IMG/VR virus record: IMGVR_UViG_3300020045_006900
Location: 1 to 45,046 of that record
Direction: 5' to 3' (one strand)
Length of the DNA: 45,046 nucleotides
DNA from: a virus
Taxonomy: Duplodnaviria > Caudoviricetes
Shown: positions 7,586 to 16,531 of the stretch, one piece after another
Numbering within the stretch: position 1 is the first letter of the stretch
Layout of the letters: every line of letters starts with the position of its first letter
Made by a program: the position numbers and the translations under genes
The notes under the pieces: model-generated
Database searches by the model: none
Told to the model about the DNA's origin: nothing
Seen by the model: the letters and a program-made list of their open reading frames with translations, nothing else

Positions 7586-7594
7586 GAGGACGCT

Positions 7595-7864
7595 ATGAAC
7601 GAAATGATTGAGCGGGTAGCGCGTGCGCTATATGCGGCGGACGGTTTGAAGCACGCGGCAGTGAACGTATCGTTGGAAGAATCTTGGGAAATGTCCCCTC
7701 GATACCATGAGCAATATCGACTTAAAGCCAAAGTCGCTATCAAAGCGATGCGTGAACCGACCGAAGCGATGTTGAATGCCGGTTTGTCCCCTACCTGGAA
7801 ATGGATCGATGAAGGGGCGGACGACGTGTGGATTCGCATGATCGACGCCGCTCTAGCCGACTAG
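7595..7864 (+). CDS. hypothetical protein
   Basis: GAGG SD; MIERVARAL...AMREPTEAM...MIDAAL motif common in alphaproteobacterial phages. Confidence 0.75.
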   Translation: MNEMIERVARALYAADGLKHAAVNVSLEESWEMSPRYHEQYRLKAKVAIKAMREPTEAMLNAGLSPTWKWIDEGADDVWIRMIDAALAD

Positions 7865-10125
7865 CCTACCGTCCGCATCATCGGCCCGACGTACCCTTGC
7901 GCTACGTCATAAGCGATCGTCACCCCTGGCTTGACGTACAGCGTCGGGCGCGTGTTCCCTTCCTGCATGATCGTGGTCGAAGCTTTCCCGACCGGCAAAT
8001 ATCCGAGCGCTTCACAGATCGCCCCTACCTTGCGCGGCGCGCGCTTCAGGTGGTTCGTCTGCAGAAGGTTCGTCACGGCCCAGGATGACAGCCAGCCGCC
8101 CCGGAATCCCGGCACGTCGCTTTCTATCGCATCCATGATATATTGTTCGGCAATGCCATAGCTCGCGTTGACCGCCTCTTCCGTGCTGGACGTGCGCGGG
8201 GCGATCATGCATGTGGTTGCCGGGTTGAATTCGTCCGGTATCTGGTAGTTCAACAGATAGTGCCGCATGATCGCGAAGCCATCCGTTTCCAGCCAATTCC
8301 ACAGGTGCGGAAAGTAATTGTCCGTCAGCATGCCGTCGCGCTCCATGTCTTCCCGCGACTGTTGCGCAGTATAGAAGATGGAAAATCGACGGTCGTCACG
8401 TTCCTTGATGATTGCGTCCTTATGGTTCGTGCAGAAAAACCAATTCGCGCAATAGTCTCGGTTCATTCCGGCGTCGATACCCTTCTTTTCGATCTCGACT
8501 TTCTTGCCGGTGATATAATTCTTCAGCTTTTCGAGCATTTCCATTTTCTCAAACATATGAATTTCTTCAACATTGATGAAAATGCGGTTGCCGAGGAAGG
8601 GATTAAACTGCTTGGTGATCGATTCCGCTTCAGGTGTCCAAGAGTACCGATCACCGATTGCGTAGGACAAAACCTCGCCTATGGTGGATTTGCCGTTCCC
8701 CTTGGTTCCTTGCAAGACCGGCGACCAAAAGAATTTCTTGCCCTGATATTGAACAAGCGCGGCCATCCACGACAACAGAATGTCCCGGTCCCGTTGGTTC
8801 GGCAAGAGTCGACGGAGAAGGTCGAGGAACGGCGCGGGGTTTCCCTCCAGCGTTCGGATTTCCTCGCAATGATAGATGTTAACCGCATCACCGATGATGA
8901 CACCACTTGGTGACATAGGCTTGAAGCACGTCCGCTGGACCTTCGGGAACCGGACGGCGCGGTTAACTGTGAATGCCTCCCAAGCGGACATGGTCGGTTT
9001 GCTGCCGTCGAAAGACATTGCGAACTGATGACCACCAAAGACCACATCGAACTGAGTTTTCTTCAACAGCCGACCGCCTGGGATCATGATCCGCTCGTCA
9101 AGCTCGACATACACGCATCCGGTGAAATATTCCGGTAGTTCCGCGATGCCGACGAATTCCCGGCCATCACCCATCACAGCCACAGCGGCTTGACCAGTGA
9201 CCGCCAACGGTACGGTTAGCTGACGCGGTCGGGCATAGACGTTTCGGCATGACTGAACCGCCTTGCTGATCGTCCAGCCGCGATAGTCCGCCCGCTTGTC
9301 CCATTTCTCGCGCATCAATCCCGATCGACGGAATAAACGGTCCATGCGTTGCGGATTCTTGCCGGTGTAGAATGCCAGATGGTTCATAAGCGCTTGGTCA
9401 GCGCTGGACCCGTCCCACGCTTCCCCGGTAGTCGATGGGTACACGCGCCCGAGAATATCCGCGCGCCCCTCCCACAGGTCCGCCACGGTCGCGGTGTCAC
9501 CAAACGATGCGGCAATGCCGCCTTTGCTTCTGAGAAGGATCGATATCAACTCGTCATCGTCGGTCGGGCCGTTCCACGCCGGGTCGGTGATGTCACTGAA
9601 CGGGACGGCATCGGCGGGGTCGGCGGACACCGGAACTAGCGCCGCCAGTGCGGATGTCCAGTCGAGATTGATATTCCCTTGCATCCCCTGCCCGAGCGCA
9701 ACGAAACGCTTGGTCGAATAATATTCCAGCCAGTTACCGGGACGCGATGCCGTATCGAATTTGTGTTTCCGTGGACCGAGCGCCAGCGGGTCGCAAACGC
9801 CCATGATGTGCAAGCCGGTGCCGTTGACGGATACTTCCATGGCCGCACCGGGAAACATGCCAGCGATACGGAGCGCTTCAGGATGCCACGTGCCGGTGAC
9901 CGGGTCGCGGCAATCGTCCAGATCAAGCAGGAAATATGGGTCCGCGTCGGTCAACACCATGCCGACCCGCAAACCGGTCGCAGATGCTTGTTCCCATGTC
10001 ATCCACTGTGACGGGTCGTGCGGGTCGCAAGAACGCCCCGTGCGCGGGTCAGTCGGAACCTTACGCGGTTTGGTCGCGGGCGGTATCGGCGGCTGTTCCG
10101 TCCAGTTGATGAAATGAAATGTCAT
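7861..10125 (-). CDS. primase-polymerase (AEP, NrS-1-like) fused to DUF5906/SF3-type helicase
   Basis: LLDLDDC, EVSVNGTGLHI, helical bundle SSADQALMNHLAF..MDRLFRRSGL, Walker A GTKGNGKST, DRRF. Confidence 0.9.
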   Translation of the reverse strand: MTFHFINWTEQPPIPPATKPRKVPTDPRTGRSCDPHDPSQWMTWEQASATGLRVGMVLTDADPYFLLDLDDCRDPVTGTWHPEALRIAGMFPGAAMEVSVNGTGLHIMGVCDPLALGPRKHKFDTASRPGNWLEYYSTKRFVALGQGMQGNINLDWTSALAALVPVSADPADAVPFSDITDPAWNGPTDDDELISILLRSKGGIAASFGDTATVADLWEGRADILGRVYPSTTGEAWDGSSADQALMNHLAFYTGKNPQRMDRLFRRSGLMREKWDKRADYRGWTISKAVQSCRNVYARPRQLTVPLAVTGQAAVAVMGDGREFVGIAELPEYFTGCVYVELDERIMIPGGRLLKKTQFDVVFGGHQFAMSFDGSKPTMSAWEAFTVNRAVRFPKVQRTCFKPMSPSGVIIGDAVNIYHCEEIRTLEGNPAPFLDLLRRLLPNQRDRDILLSWMAALVQYQGKKFFWSPVLQGTKGNGKSTIGEVLSYAIGDRYSWTPEAESITKQFNPFLGNRIFINVEEIHMFEKMEMLEKLKNYITGKKVEIEKKGIDAGMNRDYCANWFFCTNHKDAIIKERDDRRFSIFYTAQQSREDMERDGMLTDNYFPHLWNWLETDGFAIMRHYLLNYQIPDEFNPATTCMIAPRTSSTEEAVNASYGIAEQYIMDAIESDVPGFRGGWLSSWAVTNLLQTNHLKRAPRKVGAICEALGYLPVGKASTTIMQEGNTRPTLYVKPGVTIAYDVAQGYVGPMMRTVG

Positions 10126-10442
10126 GCTTGATACGGGCCACCCGGTCGATCGTCAGCGCCAACCCCGCGCATTTCGAATGCGATAAGGAACAGAATGCAG
10201 CATCCGGCATGCCACAGGTGTGAATGACCGGTTTCGGTGTCTTTAAGCTCGCCTTCCCACCACGCCCACAGATGCCGTTGCAGCGCCCCGAAGACGCGCG
10301 ACCAATTCATTCCGTTCTCCCAATTCCGAGCGGAATATTTCACCGCACCGAATGTTAGAATGACGGCGATAGCCTTCAGCGCGTCACCGGGCAAAAGCTC
10401 GAACCGTATCTTTTCCGCGTCGTCTTTACGGCCTTCACTCAT
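10122..10442 (-). CDS. dATP/dGTP diphosphohydrolase (DUF5664 family)
   Basis: GRKDD..K.RFELLP, LTFGAVKY..RNW..G, RHL.AW..GE..D.ETG.SHL.HA motifs. Confidence 0.88.
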   Translation of the reverse strand: MSEGRKDDAEKIRFELLPGDALKAIAVILTFGAVKYSARNWENGMNWSRVFGALQRHLWAWWEGELKDTETGHSHLWHAGCCILFLIAFEMRGVGADDRPGGPYQA

Positions 10443-10644
10443 CCACGCACCGGACCTTTGCTCGCTCGATAATCGCACGTTGTTCGCCTGTCTCTGGCTT
10501 GAAAGTCGGGATGTACCGAAGCGACCGCGAACCGTCGTCCAGCGTTATCGCCTCCATAGGCGTCGTGTACCGAAAGGACCGAGCTGTTGAATTTTCGACG
10601 GCTCTGTGCGCCTGTGGTCGTTGCGAATAAGATCGAAATTTCAC
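10435..10644 (-). CDS. hypothetical protein
   Basis: GTG start behind GGAGG; overlaps the downstream gene. Confidence 0.55.
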   Translation of the reverse strand: MKFRSYSQRPQAHRAVENSTARSFRYTTPMEAITLDDGSRSLRYIPTFKPETGEQRAIIERAKVRCVDE

Positions 10645-10645
10645 G

Positions 10646-11206
10646 TTACACGAGCCTCCGTAACGGTTCATTTGATACAGGAACCATATCGCCCCATATG
10701 ACCCACTGGCAATCCATCGTGGCATTTCCTCCCCCGGTGAAATCGACCCGCCACGTCAACGGATGACACGCTTTCGGCGGGTGTTTCTCCCACAGCGCGT
10801 AACGTTTGGCCGCGTTCCAGTAGGTCGATTTCAGGTACATGGCGATGAAGGGAAACCCGAGTCGGTGCGCCTGGAGAACGAATTCATCGGCGGCAAAGAA
10901 CGGCGGGTTGGTGATAAGTCCCATGCGTTTCCACGCTGGCGATTCAGGCAGGGTTAGAAAATCCGTCCCGCCCCATCCAAAGCCCCTGTGAAAGCGGTCC
11001 GACGATAGAACTGTGAAACCTTTCGCGGCAATCACACGTGACATCGCACCGTTGCCGCACGCGGGTTCCGCGACGACCTGGGGAATTATGTCGATGTAAT
11101 ACTGTAACACTGCTTCAGTTGGTTCGGGCGGGGTCGGATAGAAATGATCCGGGTGCGAAACAGCCAGACCACCGGCCATCAATCCGCCGATGTTCTTACT
11201 TGCCAT
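10646..11206 (-). CDS. small DNA amino-methyltransferase (probably N6-adenine)
   Basis: DHFYPTP, motif I EPACGNG, motif IV ITNPPF. Confidence 0.85.
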   Translation of the reverse strand: MASKNIGGLMAGGLAVSHPDHFYPTPPEPTEAVLQYYIDIIPQVVAEPACGNGAMSRVIAAKGFTVLSSDRFHRGFGWGGTDFLTLPESPAWKRMGLITNPPFFAADEFVLQAHRLGFPFIAMYLKSTYWNAAKRYALWEKHPPKACHPLTWRVDFTGGGNATMDCQWVIWGDMVPVSNEPLRRLV

Positions 11207-11444
11207 CAAGCACCATATCGACCAAGCCGCGTTTGTAGACGGCGGCAAGTATCGCCTTGTCCAGATCAGCGGCCTTGAGGTTTCGTTTGATCGACGCGGC
11301 TTTACGAGCCGGGTACGCACCGCATTGACGGCGAAGAGTGTCAACGTGCGTTTGCTCCACGTTGAAGATTCCCGCGATATAGCCGGATCGGACTTCAGGG
11401 AACCGTTGCAGATAGGTGATTATGCGGGTGTCGTGATGGGTCAT
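11196..11444 (-). CDS. hypothetical protein, possible HTH
   Basis: In operon; SGYIAGIFNVEQTHVDTLRR is HTH-like. Confidence 0.6.
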   Translation of the reverse strand: MTHHDTRIITYLQRFPEVRSGYIAGIFNVEQTHVDTLRRQCGAYPARKAASIKRNLKAADLDKAILAAVYKRGLVDMVLDGK

Positions 11445-11770
11445 CAGTCGCGACCGTGTTGGAACGGCGGCAGTTCGATCGACGCCCGATACTGATTCAC
11501 CACGAACAAAGCCGCCTCGAACTGGTCACCGTCCCAATTCCACGTCTTACATTGAAGCGCTGCCTCTACCCATGAACACAGGTTTCTTGCGTGATCCGTC
11601 TCTTCGGTGCACGGGCAAGCCGTGAACCCGTCCGCCTGAACCCCTGTGAAAGAACAGCCTTCACAGCCGCCCTCAACACCGTTTTCCCATCCGGTGTTCA
11701 TGCAGTTTTCGCATGCGTTGCCCGGTAAACCTGTCATCATTCCCGGTCCGCAATATGTGCATCGTTTCAC
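11444..11770 (-). CDS. Cys-rich (zinc-finger-like) protein
   Basis: CxxC repeats of the DnaJ CxxCxxTG type. Confidence 0.65.
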   Translation of the reverse strand: MKRCTYCGPGMMTGLPGNACENCMNTGWENGVEGGCEGCSFTGVQADGFTACPCTEETDHARNLCSWVEAALQCKTWNWDGDQFEAALFVVNQYRASIELPPFQHGRD

Positions 11771-11994
11771 GTCACGTACCCCATCTTATCGCCAACGAAC
11801 CGGGCATCAGCCGCGACGGCATCCCAAAGGGCGGTGTATCGCGGGTAATATGCTCGAACGGTTCGGTCAGACGTTTCCATTTCGCACTCGTCTGCGACGG
11901 CGTTCCAGTTCACACGCAACAGCCCGTCGCGGTTCGCAACGCGAATTGCCGCGTCAAGAATGATCGTGCGCCGGGTTGTTGCGGGAAGCTTCAT
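11767..11994 (-). CDS. TetR-like N-terminal HTH protein
   Basis: RRTIILDAAIRVANRDGL...VADEC...TVRAYYP..TALWDAV; DNA-binding domain only, 75 aa. Confidence 0.75.
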   Translation of the reverse strand: MKLPATTRRTIILDAAIRVANRDGLLRVNWNAVADECEMETSDRTVRAYYPRYTALWDAVAADARFVGDKMGYVT

Positions 11995-12278
11995 CGGCTG
12001 CGACTGTCGGATTCACGAATGGCTGTCTGGACGGCTGCTGCCGCCATCTTTTTCACATCGTCTCTCAAGTTGAGACTGTCGATGCTGATATGCGTACCGC
12101 CCGCCGCAACTGCATGAACCTTGATGTCGTACTTACCTGCAAGCCAGACAATCAAATCGGAGGCAGTCGAAAACGCTGCGATCGTCGCCCGAACTTCACC
12201 CCAAGCTTTCGACTGCGCGATTACACAAAAGCCGCCTTCAGGCGCGGCCTGAATTTCGTACCCGCGTGACATATCCAT
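11991..12278 (-). CDS. hypothetical protein
   Basis: GAGG SD; ATGA coupling. Confidence 0.6.
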   Translation of the reverse strand: MDMSRGYEIQAAPEGGFCVIAQSKAWGEVRATIAAFSTASDLIVWLAGKYDIKVHAVAAGGTHISIDSLNLRDDVKKMAAAAVQTAIRESDSRSR

Positions 12279-12738
12279 TGTATTGCCCCTCATGTGTGAC
12301 GAACATTCCGAGTCCGCCGTACTGACAAACGTTGATCAAAAACGCCTCTTGCGCTCGATCGCGATCATTTTCCGGCTTTGTCCAGCCGGGGTGTTTCACT
12401 TCGACCGCCGTAAACACGCCGACCGTTTTGCCGATGTGGTCAGCCGTCATGACGATCGGGGTAATTCCGATCAGGTCCGACGACTTCCAATGCTTATCCA
12501 GCTTGTCACTGTCGTTACCGAGACCGAACCGAACCCACCGATCGGGGGACATTTCGCAAGCGCCCCGGTTATTCCTCCACAGCGCCGCACCGAGCTTCGG
12601 CGCACCGACCCGCAATTGCGCCTGCGTGGCTGATTCAGAACTGGAAACTTCGGCAGGTGGAGGGGTGTAAAGCGAACGTAGATCCTGCAACGCTGCAGCA
12701 GATACGCCCCACTTCGCCGCCCATTCACTGACCGACAT
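12238..12738 (-). CDS. VRR-NUC domain nuclease
   Basis: SES, LWRNNRG, SSDLIG, FTAVEVK, QEAFL motifs. Confidence 0.85.
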   Translation of the reverse strand: MSVSEWAAKWGVSAAALQDLRSLYTPPPAEVSSSESATQAQLRVGAPKLGAALWRNNRGACEMSPDRWVRFGLGNDSDKLDKHWKSSDLIGITPIVMTADHIGKTVGVFTAVEVKHPGWTKPENDRDRAQEAFLINVCQYGGLGMFVTHEGQYNGYVTRVRNSGRA

Positions 12739-12856
12739 ACATTGCCCCGAGACCGACGAGGATCAGCGCAAACCAGAACATCGCAGAACGCATTTTCTGG
12801 TTTTGAGTCAGTGAAAGTATCCCTGCGATGCAGAGTGTCAGACCTACGCCCCACAT
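12725..12856 (-). CDS. 43-aa two-TM micro-protein (not in ORF track)
   Basis: MWGVGLTLCIAGILSLTQNQKMRSAMFWFALILVGLGAMYVGQ; TGATG coupling to the upstream gene. Confidence 0.6.
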   Translation of the reverse strand: MWGVGLTLCIAGILSLTQNQKMRSAMFWFALILVGLGAMYVGQ

Positions 12857-13068
12857 CAGCCAACCGCCTTAGCCAAGTCTTTGACCATCTGATTGACCCG
12901 ACCAATGACGATAGAACCGACCGCATGTTGGTTCAGCTCCAATGAAGCTGCTACGTCTGCCGCCAGCGCATCGACCTTGTCGTTAAATTCAACCTGTGAA
13001 CGTAGTGCGACGGCAACGTGGTCCTCGCAAATCTGGTCGATCCGTGCGGATACCTCATCCAATGTCAT
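12856..13068 (-). CDS. hypothetical protein
   Basis: TGATG-coupled 70-aa ORF. Confidence 0.65.
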   Translation of the reverse strand: MTLDEVSARIDQICEDHVAVALRSQVEFNDKVDALAADVAASLELNQHAVGSIVIGRVNQMVKDLAKAVG

Positions 13069-13283
13069 CAGCGTAACCCCTTCCCTGGGTGCATCGCGAT
13101 CGTGGCAACCTTCATTTCAGCGGTCATGTCCGAGCGTGAAACGGTAGCGGCGACAAAGGCGATGAAGTCGTTGCGTGCCTTGATATATTCTCGGGCTTTC
13201 ACCTTCTCGAAAACGGCGTATTCTTTCGGAACCGCCCCGATCGCTTGCGCCAGTGTGTCGAACGTCGGGATGCCCAGGCTCAT
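13068..13283 (-). CDS. hypothetical protein
   Basis: Coupled 71-aa ORF. Confidence 0.65.
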   Translation of the reverse strand: MSLGIPTFDTLAQAIGAVPKEYAVFEKVKAREYIKARNDFIAFVAATVSRSDMTAEMKVATIAMHPGKGLR

Positions 13284-13567
13284 GCGAATTCCGTGAGCTT
13301 CAGTTGAGCCGCCGCAAGCATCCGTTTCGCTTGGTTGTGGTAGCGGTCCGCAACGGCAATCTTCGCCGGGTCGTTCATCAACCGCGCCTCGTCAAGCTCC
13401 ATAGAAGTCAGTTCGGCAACCACGGCCCGGTCAATCGTAATACGTTGCCAGCCGATCAGGTTAGACATGGGCGATATCCCCACGTACAGCACGGGCTTGC
13501 GAGTGACGATCCCGTGACCTCCCATCGCAGACAAGAGCGCCATAGCCATTCCGAGACCTTTGTACAT
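13280..13567 (-). CDS. hypothetical protein
   Basis: GGAG SD before ATG 13567; first gene behind an internal promoter. Confidence 0.6.
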   Translation of the reverse strand: MYKGLGMAMALLSAMGGHGIVTRKPVLYVGISPMSNLIGWQRITIDRAVVAELTSMELDEARLMNDPAKIAVADRYHNQAKRMLAAAQLKLTEFA

Positions 13568-13581
13568 TTCACAAGCTCCAT

Positions 13582-13636
13582 ATGTAACGTTACATTCGTT
13601 ACGTATTTGATGACACATTATGTCAAATCATGTCAA
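13582..13636 (-). promoter_or_regulatory. internal leftward promoter carrying both operator types
   Basis: Minus-strand TTGACA twice; TGACA-N5-TGTCA at 13611-13625; GTAACGTTAC at 13584-13593. Confidence 0.7.
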
Positions 13637-15248
13637 GCCGGATTTTCTCCATTAATAAAATCATTTCAGGACCGGACAGCGTTTGAGCCGTCAAGGTGTC
13701 AACACCGTACTTATGATAAAAGCGGCGATACGCTTCCGATTCAGGCCGACCGTGTCCGTAAATCTGTATCCCCGCCCAATAATTCATCGTGTTCCGCAAC
13801 TGGTTGAGTGCTTCTAGTCGGGCGTTGTGGTTGCGTTGGATGACCGTTGCGGCGGCGGACTGAGGCTTTTCCGTCCACTCATAGTCACGTTTCTCGATTT
13901 CACCGCGTAACCTTGCAAGCAGCTCGGGCGCGAATTCCGAAAGATCACCATCGACCATTTCGGGCGATAGCCGCGCGCCTGGGGCGGGAACGTCTACATG
14001 TCCACAATATGGGCACGTCTTGGTGACTGCCTCGTATGCTCGGTAACATTTGATACAGGCGCGGACCGGAATGACGCCCTCGTCTTTGTCGCGCTTTCGG
14101 GATCCCCGATAATCGATGTCCAGCGACCAAAGGCGTGCCGCGTCGGGCAATCCGTGCTGTATGACATTCTCGACATGGTCAATGTAAATACCATGGGTCT
14201 TGCCTTCGAACAGCCGAAGCATGCGTCCGAACCGCTGTGCGAACTTGCTGAACGATTGAGTCGGCGCGCCATCGATAACGACCTCTACCGCTGGCACGTC
14301 GAAGCCCTCCCCGAACAAATCGACGTTGACCAGCACGAGCGTGTCACCACGTGCGAACCGCTCGATTGCCCGTTGCCGGGTCGTGTCGTCGGTCATACCG
14401 CTGATGGCTTCAGCCGGAATGCCAGCGGCCATGAATCGGGCGGCAACTTCTTTCGCCGTCTCTACATCGACAACGAACGCGATTGCTCGTTTACCCGCCG
14501 CGATCTTTTGATATTGATCGACCATATCCCCGACGATCGGGGATTTATGGGACGCGTCACGGGTCGACTCGGGCGTAAACTCCCCGGTGTTCTCGGATAC
14601 CTTGAGCGTCGATCGGGCGATTGACGCCGGTGGGGCGAAAATCCGGTATTCCGACAGATACCCCATGTTGATCAGCTCACGCATGGTCGGACCAACAACC
14701 ATGTGGTCAAACAGACCACCGAACGTCCGCCCCAAGGGAGCGTTATCGCAACGACGGGGTGTGGCCGTGACACCTAAACCGATGGCGCGCGTGAATAACC
14801 CTGCCCCGGTGCCCCACTTGTTCTTGGGTAGGACATGATGTGCCTCGTCAATCGTCCACAGTCGAATGCTGTTGCAAAGCTGTTCAAGACTGGCACGGCG
14901 TTTAGGTGAAATCAGCGTGTCAACACCGGCAACATGGGTCGGTGCGCGCGGGTGATGATAGTTTCTGCCGAATTTCGTAACGTGCTGTTGAATGCAGAAC
15001 CGGATAACCGGATCTGGAGCAATGATGTTGTGATAGATGCCCTCGCACGCCATCGCGCACGATATCTGTCCGACTAGCTCTTGCCGGTGCGCAATCGATA
15101 TCTGTGGTTCGGAATTATCATCGAATATCGACGCCATCAGCTTTGTTTTGCCCGCACCTGTAGGCATCACCGTGATAACGTTCTTCTTTCCCGACCGCCA
15201 AGCCTCATAAGTTTCATTCTTCACGTCTAGCTGATACGGTCGTAACAT
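13623..15248 (-). CDS. SF2 (DEAH/RadD-like) helicase with C-terminal zinc ribbon
   Basis: LRPYQ, MPTGAGKT, IDEAHH, TATP, GEGFDVP, QRFGRMLR, CIKC..CPYCG. Confidence 0.93.
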   Translation of the reverse strand: MLRPYQLDVKNETYEAWRSGKKNVITVMPTGAGKTKLMASIFDDNSEPQISIAHRQELVGQISCAMACEGIYHNIIAPDPVIRFCIQQHVTKFGRNYHHPRAPTHVAGVDTLISPKRRASLEQLCNSIRLWTIDEAHHVLPKNKWGTGAGLFTRAIGLGVTATPRRCDNAPLGRTFGGLFDHMVVGPTMRELINMGYLSEYRIFAPPASIARSTLKVSENTGEFTPESTRDASHKSPIVGDMVDQYQKIAAGKRAIAFVVDVETAKEVAARFMAAGIPAEAISGMTDDTTRQRAIERFARGDTLVLVNVDLFGEGFDVPAVEVVIDGAPTQSFSKFAQRFGRMLRLFEGKTHGIYIDHVENVIQHGLPDAARLWSLDIDYRGSRKRDKDEGVIPVRACIKCYRAYEAVTKTCPYCGHVDVPAPGARLSPEMVDGDLSEFAPELLARLRGEIEKRDYEWTEKPQSAAATVIQRNHNARLEALNQLRNTMNYWAGIQIYGHGRPESEAYRRFYHKYGVDTLTAQTLSGPEMILLMEKIRLDMI

Positions 15249-15268
15249 AATTTATTAAATCTTCCCGC

Positions 15269-15335
15269 TTGACATATGACAGATGATGTCATTTAGTGAC
15301 ACATATTGTCAATCATGAAACGTTGATAACGTTAC
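15269..15335. promoter_or_regulatory. overlapping divergent promoters with tandem operators
   Basis: + strand TTGACA 15269-15274; - strand TTGACA 15312-15307; TGACA-N5-TGTCA at 15277-15291 and 15297-15311; ATAACGTTAC at 15326-15335. Confidence 0.75.
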
Positions 15336-15362
15336 ACTCACCAAGCGGAGAACAGCACGACA

Positions 15363-16037
15363 ATGACGACGATTACACTCACTCTCACAGTGACCGAAGA
15401 AGAACGGGCAAATTTGGTCGCGCGGTTCATTGCGACTGCCCAGGCCGTAACCGGCGAAGTCGAAGACGACGGAATTCCGTCCGATCCGAACGGTTCGAAG
15501 ATCGACCAGACCGGTGTTGCATGGGACGCGCGTTATCACGGCGCGAACATGACCAAGAATCAGGACGGTTCGTGGCGTCGTAAGAAGAACATGTCTGCAC
15601 AGGAAAAGATCGACGCCGACAATTACGAAGCCGGTTGCCGTGGCGCGCCGTCACCGGTCGCACAGGCTGCAGTGGGTGTTGCTCCCGTCGCACCGACATC
15701 GCCAGCCACACAGGCCGCACCTGCCGCCGATATTCCGGCGTTCCTTCAGACCGGCGCGTTTGCCCCTACCCCTGTCGCTCCAGCCGCACCGGTTATGACC
15801 ATGCCGGGAATGCCCGGTCTTGCACCTGTCGTCCCGGTCATCCCGCCAGCACCGACCTATGACGAGCTTATTGCGACCTTCACCGCGACCATTGCTCGCG
15901 TCGGTCAGCCCGTGGTCGATGCGAACCTTGCCGCGATCTACGCAAACGCTGGCGTCACGGACATGAAGCAACTGAACGACGACCCGGAAACCCGTCGTGC
16001 GGTCAGCAACGGTCTTAACGCGCTTCAACCAGCCTAA
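15363..16037 (+). CDS. conserved phage protein with Pro/Ala-rich linker
   Basis: D.TGVAWDARYH...DGSWRRKK motif; first gene of the exonuclease-SSB-polymerase operon; GGAG SD. Confidence 0.8.
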   Translation: MTTITLTLTVTEEERANLVARFIATAQAVTGEVEDDGIPSDPNGSKIDQTGVAWDARYHGANMTKNQDGSWRRKKNMSAQEKIDADNYEAGCRGAPSPVAQAAVGVAPVAPTSPATQAAPAADIPAFLQTGAFAPTPVAPAAPVMTMPGMPGLAPVVPVIPPAPTYDELIATFTATIARVGQPVVDANLAAIYANAGVTDMKQLNDDPETRRAVSNGLNALQPA

Positions 16038-16054
16038 CCCAGGGGCGGAACGGC

Positions 16055-16085
16055 ACGGGTGCGTGTTTACGAGGCGCGCACCCGT
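16055..16085 (+). other. stable intergenic stem-loop
   Basis: ACGGGTGCGTGTT...GGCGCGCACCCGT; no clear U-tract. Confidence 0.6.
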
Positions 16086-16103
16086 TAATCACACGGAGAT
16101 CCT

Positions 16104-16304
16104 ATGTTTTTCACCCTCGCCTTGATCACATCCACAGTGTCGGGACCGACGCCACAGTGCGAATATTATCGATACATGACGGCTGCGATCTGGTCCGCCG
16201 TCGATGATGCGGAACGCGCCAAGGCTTCAAAGCTGGTCATCGGCAATCTGGAGAACACCTTGCGTGACGCCGTCGCCAAGGAACGCCGGGAATGCTCGAA
16301 ATGA
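16104..16304 (+). CDS. hypothetical protein
   Basis: GGAG SD; ATGA overlap. Confidence 0.6.
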   Translation: MFFTLALITSTVSGPTPQCEYYRYMTAAIWSAVDDAERAKASKLVIGNLENTLRDAVAKERRECSK

Positions 16305-16531
16305 GCGAAGGATCGGTGGTTTGTCCAGACGTTATTGCCAAAGCGGAGCTTGTCGCGGTCAGTGTCGGTTATGATGACGCCGTTTTGGTGACGGCGATCG
16401 TCGGCGCAATCCAAGCCGAACGCGATCGATGTGTAAAAATCGCCATGGTTGGTGTTGCTTCAAGTCACTCTCTCGTCAGCACTACCGCTCAAATTATAGC
16501 TGAAGCGATTCTTGACGGTGACGTGCCATGA
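16301..16531 (+). CDS. hypothetical protein
   Basis: AIQAERDRC.KIA motif; coupled. Confidence 0.65.
   Translation: MSEGSVVCPDVIAKAELVAVSVGYDDAVLVTAIVGAIQAERDRCVKIAMVGVASSHSLVSTTAQIIAEAILDGDVP

Noticed and set aside
10122-10442. Z-genome (2-aminoadenine) or 7-deazaguanine modification system
   Set aside because: No PurZ, DatZ, Que/Fol or DpdA-like genes recognisable in the window.
13601-13628. dif site suggested by the XerD-like TTATGTCAAAT
   Set aside because: No XerC-like arm; explained by the minus-strand -35 box and the TGACA-N5-TGTCA operator.
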